NCBI GenBank assembly: GCA_963796965.1
Contig: CAWCNS010000007.1
Span: 352,001-416,000 of the forward strand
Length of the DNA: 64,000 nt
From: Calditrichia bacterium
Lineage (GTDB): Bacteria; Calditrichota; Calditrichia; JAJRVZ01
Direction of reading: 5' to 3'
A program made the position numbers and the translations under genes. This document shows positions 1 through 10,269 of this stretch, piece by piece; within the stretch, counting starts at the first letter, position 1; every line of letters starts with the position of its first letter. The notes below the pieces were generated by a model. It was not told the DNA's origin and ran no database searches. It saw only the letters and a program-made list of their open reading frames with translations.

Positions 1-1331
1 CGATTTTAAGATCAGAACTGAGTTCACTAACCACATAACGTTGAATTCTTGTTGCTGTATCGAGCGTCGTACCGGCAAATGAGGCGACAAAAACCCCCAT
101 AATAACCACTGCAACCCCATGAGGAATCCCGATAGTGGCAATCATATTGGCAGCACCTATCACAAAAGCGCTAATTTTTGAACCGAGGCCCGCTGCAGCA
201 CTCCAGGAAGAATAATGGCTTGACCAGGCATCTATCCCCGTTAAAGTCTCTCCTCCGGCCGTGTATCCCATCCCGATACCGGCTGCCACAGAAATTATCA
301 CTAAAGTTGCCAGACCGCCTTCAACGAGCATGGATCCATAACCGACAAATAATGAATCACTCTCACTACGCACCTGTTTGGCTGATGTTCCTGACGCAAC
401 CAATGAATGGAACCCTGATATGGCACCGCAGGCAATAGTAATAAATAAAAAGGGCCATAACGGTGGTGCTTCCGGAGGTGAAAGTTGAACGGCAGGAGCA
501 ATCATTTCCATGCCACCAAAAATCGTGGCTACAAATACCCCTCCTGCTAATAAAACCATGGCTATTATAAGTTGATAAGCATTAATAAAATCCCGGGGCT
601 GAAGGAGCGTTGTTACCGGGAGAACTGAGGCAATATAAGCATAAATAAACAGAATGATTGTCCAGATACCAGTTGCAGGTATCCCCAGAACCTCAGGCAA
701 TGTGATTGGCAGATAGCTGCCGAGAATCATGGTTAAATACATCATAGCAACGGCAATAATTGACCATACAAAGACATGCTGCCCTTTTTTATAGATCAGG
801 CGTCCTAAGAATATAGCAATTGGGATTTGCAGCCAGACAGCGAGAACAGAGGTTGGGAACATGCTAAATATTATTGCTATGACCAGTCCAAAAATGGAAA
901 TAACAATCCACAAGGTTAGAAAAACAATCAGAAAGAAGAATACACGTGTCCGACGGTTAATATATTTGGATGTGATCTCAGAGATGGACTTGCCTTCATT
1001 ACGCATCGATATGATTAAAAGAGCTAAAATCATGTACAGCACCCATGACCGCAGAACCAAGAAATACCCATATAATCGCTGGTATCCATCCCCAAATTAT
1101 GGCGATTGCTGGCCCAACGATAGGACCCGTACCTGCGATGGAGGTAAAATGATGTCCAAAGATAATCTCTTTTCGCGTGGGAACATAATCCACCCCATCC
1201 TCATAGGCAATTGAAGGAGGGATATTATCATCTGACAAACCAAATATTTTACGGCCTAGAAATCTACCATAGAGACGGTAAATGAAGATATAGCCGAAAA
1301 AAGTCAGAATAACGATCATTAATGTTAACAT
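1..1331 (-). CDS. cstA: Carbon starvation protein A (peptide/pyruvate transporter family); frameshifted and runs off the window edge
   Basis: DGVDYVPT..FGHHFTSIAGTGPIVGPA..WGW.PA..W...G....GAVHDF motif in ORF 999..1331; continues in other frames (LLQPRDF, IACGAISGFH, ALTSLDTATRIQRY). Confidence 0.9.
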
Positions 1332-1385
1332 ATTTATTTCTCATGTGTTTTTATAATATTTTAAAACATCATCAAATTATTGCAA

Positions 1386-1455
1386 TGTCATACTGAAAGA
1401 ATCCTCCGACTTGTTAAAAATGAGTAAATATAAAGGAAGATTCTTTCAGAATGAC
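1386..1455. repeat. Intergenic inverted repeat, GTCAT..GAA family
   Basis: tgtcatactgaaagaatc ... gattctttcagaatgaca. Confidence 0.8.
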
Positions 1456-1480
1456 ACTAATTACATGCACATTTAACTTA

Positions 1481-2479
1481 CTAAACAATTTCCCCAATAA
1501 AGTAAGATGGATGACCATTTTGATTTAAAAAGTCATAAAATCCCTGTGCATAGGCTTCCGGAACAATCATCACAAGACCAATCCCCATATTAAAAGCACT
1601 TCGCATATCATCAACAGGCACATTTCCCCATTCCTGGATCAGAGAAAATATCGGAGGAACCTGCCAGGCTGTCCAATCTACAGATAAATCTAAACTATCA
1701 CTCAAGATTCTCTTTGTGTTTCCTAATATTCCTCCACCGGTAATGTGTGAAATTCCGGAAACGGGAAAACTGCTCAGTGACAATTGTATAATATCCAGAT
1801 AACTCATATGTACTCTTAGTAATTCTTCGCCGATTGTATTGCCTAATTCGTCGATATGGCTATGCACATCATGATCTTTGAGAAGAACTTTTCTCGCCAG
1901 AGAATAACCATTTGTATGCAAACCATTAGAGGCAAGACCAAGTAAAACATCAGATTTTTTTATATGACTGCCCGTAATGGCTTTATTTTTCTCAACAACA
2001 CCGACAATTGTCCCGGAAAGATCATATTCTCCAGGCTTATACATATCTGGCATTTCAGCGGTTTCCCCGCCAATAAGCGCACAATTGTTATTATTGCACC
2101 CCCTGACAAAACCTGAAACCACATCCTTAAACACCTGTGCCTCTAATTTTTCTGTTGCAAAATAATCAAGGAAAAACATCGGCTTCGCCCCACCAACAGC
2201 AATGTCATTTACACAATGATTAACCAGGTCCTCACCAACGGTATCGTGCTTGTCCATCATAGAAGCCACTTTTAACTTTGTCCCTACACCGTCCACGCTG
2301 GAAACCAATACAGGCTCTTCGTATTCGTCTTTATTAAACAAATACATTCCACCAAAACTGCCCAGATCAGTCAAAACATTCTGGCTATGTGTGGTACGAA
2401 CCATGGATTTTATATCCTGGACCGCTCGTTCCCCTTCTTCAATATTCACACCAGCATCTTTATAAGTCTGTACAGACAC
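1481..2479 (-). CDS. purM: Phosphoribosylformylglycinamidine cyclo-ligase (AIR synthetase)
   Basis: YKDAGV, DGVGTK, FFLDY, GGETAEMP, SNGLHTNGYSL, HITGGG, FNMGIG motifs. Confidence 0.97.
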   Translation of the reverse strand: MSVQTYKDAGVNIEEGERAVQDIKSMVRTTHSQNVLTDLGSFGGMYLFNKDEYEEPVLVSSVDGVGTKLKVASMMDKHDTVGEDLVNHCVNDIAVGGAKPMFFLDYFATEKLEAQVFKDVVSGFVRGCNNNNCALIGGETAEMPDMYKPGEYDLSGTIVGVVEKNKAITGSHIKKSDVLLGLASNGLHTNGYSLARKVLLKDHDVHSHIDELGNTIGEELLRVHMSYLDIIQLSLSSFPVSGISHITGGGILGNTKRILSDSLDLSVDWTAWQVPPIFSLIQEWGNVPVDDMRSAFNMGIGLVMIVPEAYAQGFYDFLNQNGHPSYFIGEIV

Positions 2480-2499
2480 TTCTCCTCCTTGATTGAAAA

Positions 2500-2622
2500 A
2501 TAAGGTATAAGGTAAAAAGGCAAAAGGTAAAAGGCAAAAGGAAATCCCAATGACTAAATTTCAAAGAATAGGGATTGGGACCGTGTCATTGATTTGTCAT
2601 TTGGATCTTGGCATTGGACATT
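2500..2622. repeat. Short-period (about 7 bp) low-complexity repeats: AAAAGG(T/C) tandem followed by caaat/tttg-type arms
   Basis: aaggtataaggtaaaaaggcaaaaggtaaaaggcaaaagg; tttgtcatttggatcttggcattggacatt. Confidence 0.6.
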
Positions 2623-2656
2623 CTTAAAAATGAAATCCTTTATTTGTTTGAAACAC

Positions 2657-3067
2657 CTAGTGAGGCAAGTGTTCTTTAAACCGATAATACAAATATGCGC
2701 CAATAATTGCCCCGAGAAGGGTGAAAATTGCCGGATAGGCCCCTGCCCCAATTTGGGCAAAGATTGGTCCCGGGCAGGCACCGGTGATGGCCCACCCCAC
2801 GCCGAATATCAACCCCCCAATGACAAATCCTTTATTATAAGCTTTACCGTTAAAGTTTAATTCCTGGCGGTCAATGGACTTCAATTTGGTTTTCTTGAGT
2901 ATCAATACGGAAATGGCACCCACAATGACGGCAGAACCAATGATTAAATACATATAAGGTTCATTAAAAAGAAACATTTCCCGTATCCTAAACCAGCTGA
3001 TTACCTCTGATTTAGTTAAAAGTATGCCAAAAAGCGTCCCGAAAACGATGTATATCAGGTTCTTCAT
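2657..3067 (-). CDS. YeeE/YedE-family sulfur (thiosulfate) transporter half-size subunit
   Basis: GG.IFG.GWAITGACPGP motif, 4 hydrophobic segments. Confidence 0.85.
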   Translation of the reverse strand: MKNLIYIVFGTLFGILLTKSEVISWFRIREMFLFNEPYMYLIIGSAVIVGAISVLILKKTKLKSIDRQELNFNGKAYNKGFVIGGLIFGVGWAITGACPGPIFAQIGAGAYPAIFTLLGAIIGAYLYYRFKEHLPH

Positions 3068-3106
3068 ATTTTCTCTCCACGAATTTCACGAATTTTTTAT
3101 TTGTTA

Positions 3107-3201
3107 TGTCATTTCTTCGGAATCTTTCAACATGCAGGAATTGAATCAACAAGAAGGAAGATCTTATCCCGAGACGCGATCCCTTCCGGGACGGGATGAC
3201 A
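3107..3201. repeat. About 95-bp dispersed palindromic element; close copy at 16157-16249
   Basis: tgtcatt..ggaatctt...aaggaagatc...gatccc.tccgggac.ggatgaca in both copies. Confidence 0.85.
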
Positions 3202-3331
3202 GCAATAATAATTTCTGAAAATTAAAATTCAAATATAAATGATTTAAGAAGTATTCATATATCATTTTGTCTTTTTTCGTTTGTCTTATAAGCGCTGCGG
3301 CGCTGCGCGAAAATAAAACATGGAATTACGA

Positions 3332-3808
3332 TTAAAATACATAGACGACTAATGATGTATATACAACTCCACCGGTAAAAAAGGCGATGGTTGCTTTTAA
3401 ACTGGCCAAATTAAGCAATGAGAGCCCCGTGATGGCATGACCAGAGGTACAGCCATCTCCATACCGGGTTCCAAATCCGATCAACACCCCACCGATGAGT
3501 AATTGCAAATAGCCCGACCAGTTATAATAATGATCAGGAAGGAATGATACAGGCTCGTTAGACAAAAAATTAGCCGATATAAATCCACCGATAAAAATGC
3601 CGATGACAAAATAAAATTTCCAGCTCTGTTTTTTAAAATCGTAGTTTATAAAACCACGCTTACCTGATGGTAAAAGTGTGGCACAGATATGCTGGAAAGA
3701 TGATGATAGTCCAAATAATTTATTGCCAACTAGTAGTAATAATGGTACAAATAGACCAATAAGCGGCCCTGCTACATACCAATCCCAGCTACCAAGTATA
3801 TATTCCAT
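3332..3808 (-). CDS. YeeE/YedE-family sulfur transporter half-size subunit
   Basis: W.WYVAGPLIG, FG.SSS..H.C, GG.LIGFGTRY..GCTSGH.I.GLS motifs. Confidence 0.88.
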   Translation of the reverse strand: MEYILGSWDWYVAGPLIGLFVPLLLLVGNKLFGLSSSFQHICATLLPSGKRGFINYDFKKQSWKFYFVIGIFIGGFISANFLSNEPVSFLPDHYYNWSGYLQLLIGGVLIGFGTRYGDGCTSGHAITGLSLLNLASLKATIAFFTGGVVYTSLVVYVF

Positions 3809-4029
3809 ATTATCCCCCAATTTTTTTCCCACGGATTTCACGAATTTCGACGAATTTCACAAATATATTTCACTTTGAAGTGCCCAAATTATGATCATTG
3901 GATAAAAAAATTAATTTTTAAATAATAATAACACAGGAAAAGTGTTTTTCGCAATAAACCACCACTCTAATATATGTTTATAAACTAATTCGTGAAATTA
4001 GTATTAATTAGTGTAATTCGTAGAGAAAT

Positions 4030-4443
4030 TCATTTAATCTCAAACGAATACGTCATTTTTGCTGTTTTACCCATCATCGCTGCGGCAGAACAATATTTAT
4101 TCATCGATAGCGATATGGCGCGGTCCACCTTTTTCTCATCTAACTCTCCGGAAAGTATAAAATGAAGATTGATGTCAGTGAACACTGATATCGGTTCTCC
4201 CTTTTTACGCTGTCCATCAACAAGAATTCTTATATCCTTTAAAACTTGTTTTTGCTTTCTAAGAATCAGAATTACATCTATGGCACTGCAGCCCCCAACG
4301 CCCATCAACAGCATTTCCATAGGCCGTGCCCCGGCATCGTGGCCACCGATTTTTATTCCCGCATCGATATGAACAGGTACACCAGCTGCACCAAGGGCCT
4401 TAAAATGAAAATCCTGATCAATTCTTTGTAATTCTACTTTCAT
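4030..4443 (-). CDS. OsmC/YhfA-family protein
   Basis: GARPMEMLL.G.GGCSAIDV...KYCS motifs. Confidence 0.88.
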   Translation of the reverse strand: MKVELQRIDQDFHFKALGAAGVPVHIDAGIKIGGHDAGARPMEMLLMGVGGCSAIDVILILRKQKQVLKDIRILVDGQRKKGEPISVFTDINLHFILSGELDEKKVDRAISLSMNKYCSAAAMMGKTAKMTYSFEIK

Positions 4444-4473
4444 ACCCTTTTAATTCCTCTTTGTTCAGGTTCT

Positions 4474-5634
4474 CTACTCTAATGCTTGTATGATATCAGA
4501 TTTAATATCATTAATATCTTCCAGGCCAACAGAAATGCGTAAAAGACCAGGAAAAATACCCACTGAATTTCTTTCATTTTCTGATAATTTCGAATGGGTA
4601 GTTGAGGCCGGATGGGTTACAATCGTCCTTGTATCTCCCAAATTAGCCGTAAGTGATGCGAGACGGAGGTTATTCATAAATTTAACCGCTCCATCATATC
4701 CACCTTTAATTATGAAAGTTATAATACTTCCACCCTTCTCCATTTGTTTTATGGCCAGATTGTATTGTGGATGTGACGAAAGGAATGGATATCGGACCGA
4801 TTCCAAGGCATTATGGCCTTCCAATGTCTTGGCTAGTACAATAGCATTTTCGCAATGACGATCCATACGTACGGATAGCGTTTCCAGGCTTTTGGAAAGC
4901 ATCCAGGCATTAAAAGGCGATAAAGAAGGGCCTGTCTGCCGGGCAAAGAACCGGATCTCAGAGATGATATCTTTATCTCCAAGAACCACCCCGCCCATTA
5001 CACGACCCTGGCCATCCAGAAATTTTGTTGCTGAATGGGTAACTAAATCGGATCCAAACTCAACAGGGTTTTGCAGGAGAGGCGTACAAAAAGTATTATC
5101 GACGCTTAGGATAAATTTATACTTTTGCTTTAAATTCCCTGCTTCTTCAAGATCTACAATGTCCAAACCTGGATTGGAAGGTGTTTCAACAAAGAACATT
5201 CTTGTATTTTCCTGAATCGCCTCTTCCCAGGTTTCCGGTTTGTTGGGATCAACATAGGTATGTGAGATGCCCCAATTGGGAAGGATCTTGGTCAAGATCT
5301 GATGTGTTGAACCAAAAAGAGCGCGGGTGGCAAGAATATGATCGCCGGAACGCAATAATGCGCCAAATGCGCCAAACACAGCCGCCATACCGGAGGCAAA
5401 AGCAAAACCATCCTCTGTGTTTTCCAATTGAGACATTTTGAGGATAAATTCCGATACATTTGGATTGGTAAATCTTGAATAGATATTGCCCTCAATCTCG
5501 TCCGCAAACAGCGCCCTCGCCTGTTCAGCATTCTCGAAGGTAAAGCTAGAGGTCAGATAGAGTGGCGCACTATGCTCCCTGTTATGTGTTTGCTTAATCT
5601 GTTCTCGAATAGCTTTTGTTTTTTTGTGCTTCAT
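4474..5634 (-). CDS. metZ: O-succinyl/O-acetylhomoserine sulfhydrylase (Cys/Met metabolism PLP enzyme)
   Basis: YSRF.NP, ASGMAA, ETPSNP, VDNTF, HSATKFLDGQGR (PLP Lys), NLGDTRT..THPASTTH. Confidence 0.85.
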   Translation of the reverse strand: MKHKKTKAIREQIKQTHNREHSAPLYLTSSFTFENAEQARALFADEIEGNIYSRFTNPNVSEFILKMSQLENTEDGFAFASGMAAVFGAFGALLRSGDHILATRALFGSTHQILTKILPNWGISHTYVDPNKPETWEEAIQENTRMFFVETPSNPGLDIVDLEEAGNLKQKYKFILSVDNTFCTPLLQNPVEFGSDLVTHSATKFLDGQGRVMGGVVLGDKDIISEIRFFARQTGPSLSPFNAWMLSKSLETLSVRMDRHCENAIVLAKTLEGHNALESVRYPFLSSHPQYNLAIKQMEKGGSIITFIIKGGYDGAVKFMNNLRLASLTANLGDTRTIVTHPASTTHSKLSENERNSVGIFPGLLRISVGLEDINDIKSDIIQALE

Positions 5635-5904
5635 AATTTTTTCCTTTAAACTCAAAATCTCTTATATGAATTTGCGTCTTAATCTCCTGGATACCTGAGT
5701 GCTAATCCTCTCCGATAGTCATTCTGAAGGAATCTTCCTTCTTGTTAAGAAATAGTCTACACATTGGCAGGTCCTTACAAGGCGACAAACAATAAATAAT
5801 CTACATGAAATGAATTGATCTACATCACCTTGAGCATGGCGCATGGACTATATTTGGCGTTACTGTTTTACGCTATACTCCTTGCTCTCTGCGCAATGTA
5901 ATAT

Positions 5905-5940
5905 AAAAAAAGGTCTTCCAAAATAATGTTGAAAGACCTT
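5905..5940 (-). terminator. Intrinsic terminator (attenuator) in the metZ leader
   Basis: Minus strand aaggtctttcaa-cattatt-ttggaagacctt-ttttt: 12-bp stem with one G-U pair, plus U-run. Confidence 0.85.
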
Positions 5941-5972
5941 AAAATAATATGCCAGACGTTATTATATGTCTT

Positions 5973-6029
5973 TCAATAGCAAAACATCATACACATCCCT
6001 TTTGACATACAACTGGTAATTTTATTCAT
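5973..6029 (-). CDS. Cys/Met-rich leader peptide MNKITSCMSKGMCMMFCY
   Basis: 18 codons ATG..TGA with 3 Cys and 5 Met, directly upstream of a terminator and a sulfur amino-acid operon; too short for the ORF track. Confidence 0.8.
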   Translation of the reverse strand: MNKITSCMSKGMCMMFCY

Positions 6030-6487
6030 AATAATGTCTCAATTTATATTCTAAGACGATGCGATTAATGGCATCGCAACCATTTTTTCCGTATTTAATA
6101 TTTACATAATTAATGGTGTAAACATATAATATTCCAACGCCCCGGTCAAATAATTTATTTCCAATCAGATATATTGCTAATATTAAACCTCTACAAGGTT
6201 TATTTTTGGTTTATATTATATGATCTACAATAGTATAACCGCTACGCGGTTAAGATTATTCAGGGAATAAATAATTTTCCCCATGAAGTAGAGCATTATT
6301 ATAATGATTTACACTACTGCATAGTAAATATATAGATCCAAATCGAATTTTTCTGAATCTTGTATCACGTATCCCTTATCGAGCAATACACCATAAAAAT
6401 CGCATATCCCAAATCTATTATCGCGTTTCACGTTTGACATTTCACATTTAACGTTTTACACCTTGCCTCTTTCGGCTTGCTTCTTGC

Positions 6488-6916
6488 TTAAAACACAAAC
6501 CTGATATTCAATCCAAAGCGGCTAACCGTAAAATTGGTATCATCAATAATTCTCAAGGAAGGCCGCCAATCCAAGCCAAGAGCAAGTGGAAAACCGGCAA
6601 AATGGTATTCGATACCCAATTCACTTGAAACACCCAGTTGAAAAGGATTTCCTAGCCAGGTAAATGCCCCTAAGCCAATATAATAATTGAAGGCTTCTTG
6701 CCCCAGTCTCCCATATAGGAAATCATATATGGCCTCAACACCCATTCCACCCCCAAATGACACATCAGCGTGAATGCGGCCGCCTTTCCAGCCAAAAACA
6801 CCATCAATGGCCACGTCATTGCCAACTGTATCGCCAAAGCGGATACCAACTTCCTGTGCCTGTGTCACTCCAGATAGGAATGTTAAACTTAAGACAATTA
6901 ATAATAGTTTTTTCAT
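6488..6916 (-). CDS. Small outer-membrane beta-barrel protein
   Basis: Signal peptide (..TQA-QE), amphipathic strands, C-terminal ...GLNIRFVF. Confidence 0.7.
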   Translation of the reverse strand: MKKLLLIVLSLTFLSGVTQAQEVGIRFGDTVGNDVAIDGVFGWKGGRIHADVSFGGGMGVEAIYDFLYGRLGQEAFNYYIGLGAFTWLGNPFQLGVSSELGIEYHFAGFPLALGLDWRPSLRIIDDTNFTVSRFGLNIRFVF

Positions 6917-7217
6917 TTAAAAATTATTCCCCTCCCAATATAAACGATAAATCTACTAAGAATAATAGCTGAAATTTCATTATAGCCAGAGATATGAACC
7001 TGTCAATTTTAGAAAAGTAAAAGATAAATTGCAAAAATGACTATAGAATACATTAACCATTGGTTTGATAATTTCTTCATAGGAGATTGTTCCGTTTTTA
7101 TCACCCTCCCGATGTAAGGGCTGGAGGGAATTGAAAGTTTATTTTGCTCGATAATATAATGAATAGGCATGTGTTACATATCCTTTAATATTTGCGGCTT
7201 CACGCTTTTGCATGAGG

Positions 7218-7754
7218 CTATATAGTCATATTACCCAGTTGCTCCAGGTAGTGTTCTCGCACTTCGCCAAAGAATTTGACATTCATTTCTGCCTGATAGT
7301 CAGGATAAGTCCAGGAATTGGGGCGGTACTGTCCCTTTTTATAATGCATATGCACATCGCCAAAGATTCCCTGTCCCAGGTAAACACGATGGCTATAATT
7401 TTTTGTGGTCGCTAATACCAGTTTAGCCTGGGTAATATAGCCAGGATCGATATTTACCAACCTTTTTTCACCGGCGAAGAAGTCAGATTCGATTAAATTT
7501 GTAGTGATTTTTATTTTTGCCAGGTCAACCGGATCAATTAATTCAGAAAAAACAACAAAGAGCTTTTTCAGATCTTCTCCCATCTCGTTTTCATAATACC
7601 CTGTGAAAGATGAGAACTCATATGCTGGGGAGGTAAGTTCAATTGCAGAAAATTTTTCTTCCAGGATGGGATATATCTTTGTAGAATCAATTTCAGGCCG
7701 AAAAGTAATACCGGTAATGAGTTTAACAGGTAAGTGATATTGGATTTTTCCCAT
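7218..7754 (-). CDS. DUF4416-family protein
   Basis: T.YY..EMG..L, K..TN..E, R.VNIDPGY, LATTKNY.HR.YL..GI, WTYPDY motifs. Confidence 0.85.
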   Translation of the reverse strand: MGKIQYHLPVKLITGITFRPEIDSTKIYPILEEKFSAIELTSPAYEFSSFTGYYENEMGEDLKKLFVVFSELIDPVDLAKIKITTNLIESDFFAGEKRLVNIDPGYITQAKLVLATTKNYSHRVYLGQGIFGDVHMHYKKGQYRPNSWTYPDYQAEMNVKFFGEVREHYLEQLGNMTI

Positions 7755-8063
7755 GATAGTTGTGGTTCTATGTATTAGCTATAAGACTTAAACGCAAAGA
7801 ACGCAGAGTTATTATTTTTAGAATTTTCTCTATATACATGTCATTTATATTTTATCACAAAAAAATACTTTATAATACTATTTATGAGTTCGTTTTTAAT
7901 AACATGAGGATTGGACCTGAGTGGTTGCGCGGCGCGATGAATCGCGCCGTTACATTGAATGTACAACGCTACAAACGACATCTAAGTAAAAAATGCCAAA
8001 AATCTAAATTCAAATGCTAATTAAATTCCCAATTCCTAATAACGAATTACAAATTACAAATTT

Positions 8064-9855
8064 CTACACATCATACATCTTTTCAATCTGATCTGAAAAT
8101 TTCTCTATCACTACTTTTCTCTTAACCTTTAATGAGGGTGTCAATTCTCCGGTTTCGATAGAAAAGGGCTTATCGGCCAGAACGAATTCTTTAATCGTTT
8201 CATAACTCGCCAACGCTTCGTTGACATTGTCGATATCTTTACGAATCAGATTTTTAACATCAGGCCAATGGGTCATTTCGCTTACATCTTCATATGCTTT
8301 ACCCTGATCCTGTGCCCACTGCTCCAACACTTCAAATGCAGGCACTATAACTGCCGTACAAAATTTCCTTTGATCGCCAATGATTACAGCTTGTTCAATA
8401 TACTTGCCGGTAACTAACTTACTCTCAATCGGCTGAGGGGCAATATTCTTGCCACCTGAGGTGACTAGAATGTTCTTTTTGCGGTCGGTGATGGTCAAAC
8501 AGCCATCATCATCGATAAAACCGATGTCACCGGTATAAAACCAGCCATCAGCATCAATGGCTTCCCTTGTTTCTTCTTCTTTTTTAAAATATCCCTTCAT
8601 CACATGAGGGCCACGGGTGAGAATCTCACCATCATCAGCGATTTTAACTTCAATATTGGGAAGAACCGGTCCAACAGTTCCAAATTTAAAGAGATCTTCT
8701 TTGTTTACAGCAATGACGGGTGATGTTTCTGTTAATCCATATCCCTCATAGATAATTAATCCGGCAGCACCAAAGAACTCAGCGTATCTCCCGGGCCAAA
8801 GGAGCGCCCCCGGAGATAAAGAAACGCATGTTTCCACCAACACGCTCAGCTAATTTGCTGAATACTAATTTATAGGCCAAATTACGTTTGAATTTTAAGC
8901 CACCGCCAATCGCTTCTTTATTCATAATTTTATTGATGTATTCCCGGCCGACCCCGAGTGCCCAATAGAAAATCTTTCTCTTGATGGGAGATCCGATCTC
9001 CACATTTTCAATGATTCTGGCATATATTTTTTCATATAAACGTGGCACACTGGTCATGATGGTCGGATGCACTTCTCCCATGTTCTCAGCTACCGTATCA
9101 ATACTTACAGCGTACGCAATAATAGAACCACGGTAATTGGCCAGATAATGACCAGCCATCCGTTCAAAAACATGTGAAAGCGGTAAAAAGGACAGGAACA
9201 TATCATCCTCATCCACGTGTAAATGGGTTAACGAATTTTCCACATTGCTTAAGAAATTGCCATGGGTTAACATCGCCCCTTTCGGCTCGCCTGTTGTGCC
9301 GGAAGTGTAAATCAGGGTTGCCAGATCATCACTTTTTACCTTTTTTATTTCTTTTTCGACAAATCCTGAATTTTTTGCCAGAAACTCTTTCCCCTGGGAT
9401 TGAAGTTTCTCCAGGGTAAGAAACTGGTCTGTCGATTCCGCTGCATCAAACAAAACGATCGTTTTTAATTGTGGACATTTGCTTCGAATCGCCTCAACTT
9501 TCCCATATTGTTCCGGATCGGAGCAAAGCACAACCAGTGTTTCAGAATCATATAGAAGAAATTCTATCTGTTCGGGTGTCAGAGAGGGATAGATGGGTAC
9601 CGTTATTGCGCCTAATGAAAGTATCGCAAAATCTGAGAGAGCCCATTCATATCTGTTTGGTGAAAGAATGGCCACTTTATCCCCTGCTGATACGCCCGTC
9701 GAGGCTAAACCCGCAGCCACATTTTCAACGATTTCTTTTGCCTGAGTAAAGTTAATAGATAAGTATTCATTCTCAGGTTTAAACATATAGGCTGTACGAT
9801 CCCCCAATCTTTCAGCGGTACTAAAAAACATCTCTGCCAGATTTTTATGGCTCAT
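8064..9855 (-). CDS. fadD: Long-chain fatty acid--CoA ligase; one frameshift near 8790
   Basis: IYTSGTTGEPKG, SGGAPL, EGYGLTET, GWFYTGDIG, DRKK..GGKN motifs across ORFs 8779..9855 and 8064..8843. Confidence 0.9.
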
Positions 9856-9947
9856 ATTGCCTCCAGGCTGTTATAAAAAGGTGGGATAAAAACAATAATA
9901 AGAAATATAGGAATGTGATGGTAATGAGTCAACAATAATGTGATTCA

Positions 9948-10118
9948 TTGTAGGGGCGGATCCTTCTGAATATTCAATAGCCAACACGGAATATTCAATG
10001 TTCAATGAAGTGAAATCGTGAAATGTTAAATATGAAACGCCGTCAGTAATTGTGGGGGCGGACTGTGTGTCCGTCCTTTTGAATATTCAATAGTCAACAC
10101 GGAATATTCATTGTTCAA
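9948..10118. repeat. Duplicated intergenic unit: 39-bp direct repeat (9967-10005, 10080-10118), each preceded by ttgtRggggcgga
   Basis: tgaatattcaatagYcaacacggaatattcaWtgttcaa, 37/39 identical. Confidence 0.85.
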
Positions 10119-10269
10119 GTAACAATCAAAAAGCATGCAGAGAATTTTATGAAAAAAGACAAAATAAAACCTTATATAAGATTCTTGCTTTCTGTATTCT
10201 GCTTCCCTGCTTTCCATTGGAATAATTTGTGTAATTCGTGGATAAAATACATCACGTGAGACATTCAGA

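Noticed and set aside
5640..5900. SAM riboswitch or T-box upstream of metZ
   Set aside because: No recognisable SAM-I core (ATC.AGAG...GCAACC...GTGC) or T-box motif; the leader peptide plus terminator explains the region better
5973..6029. Cys-rich peptide as a RiPP precursor or metallothionein
   Set aside because: No modifying enzymes or transporter nearby; the stop codon overlaps an antiterminator, which fits attenuation
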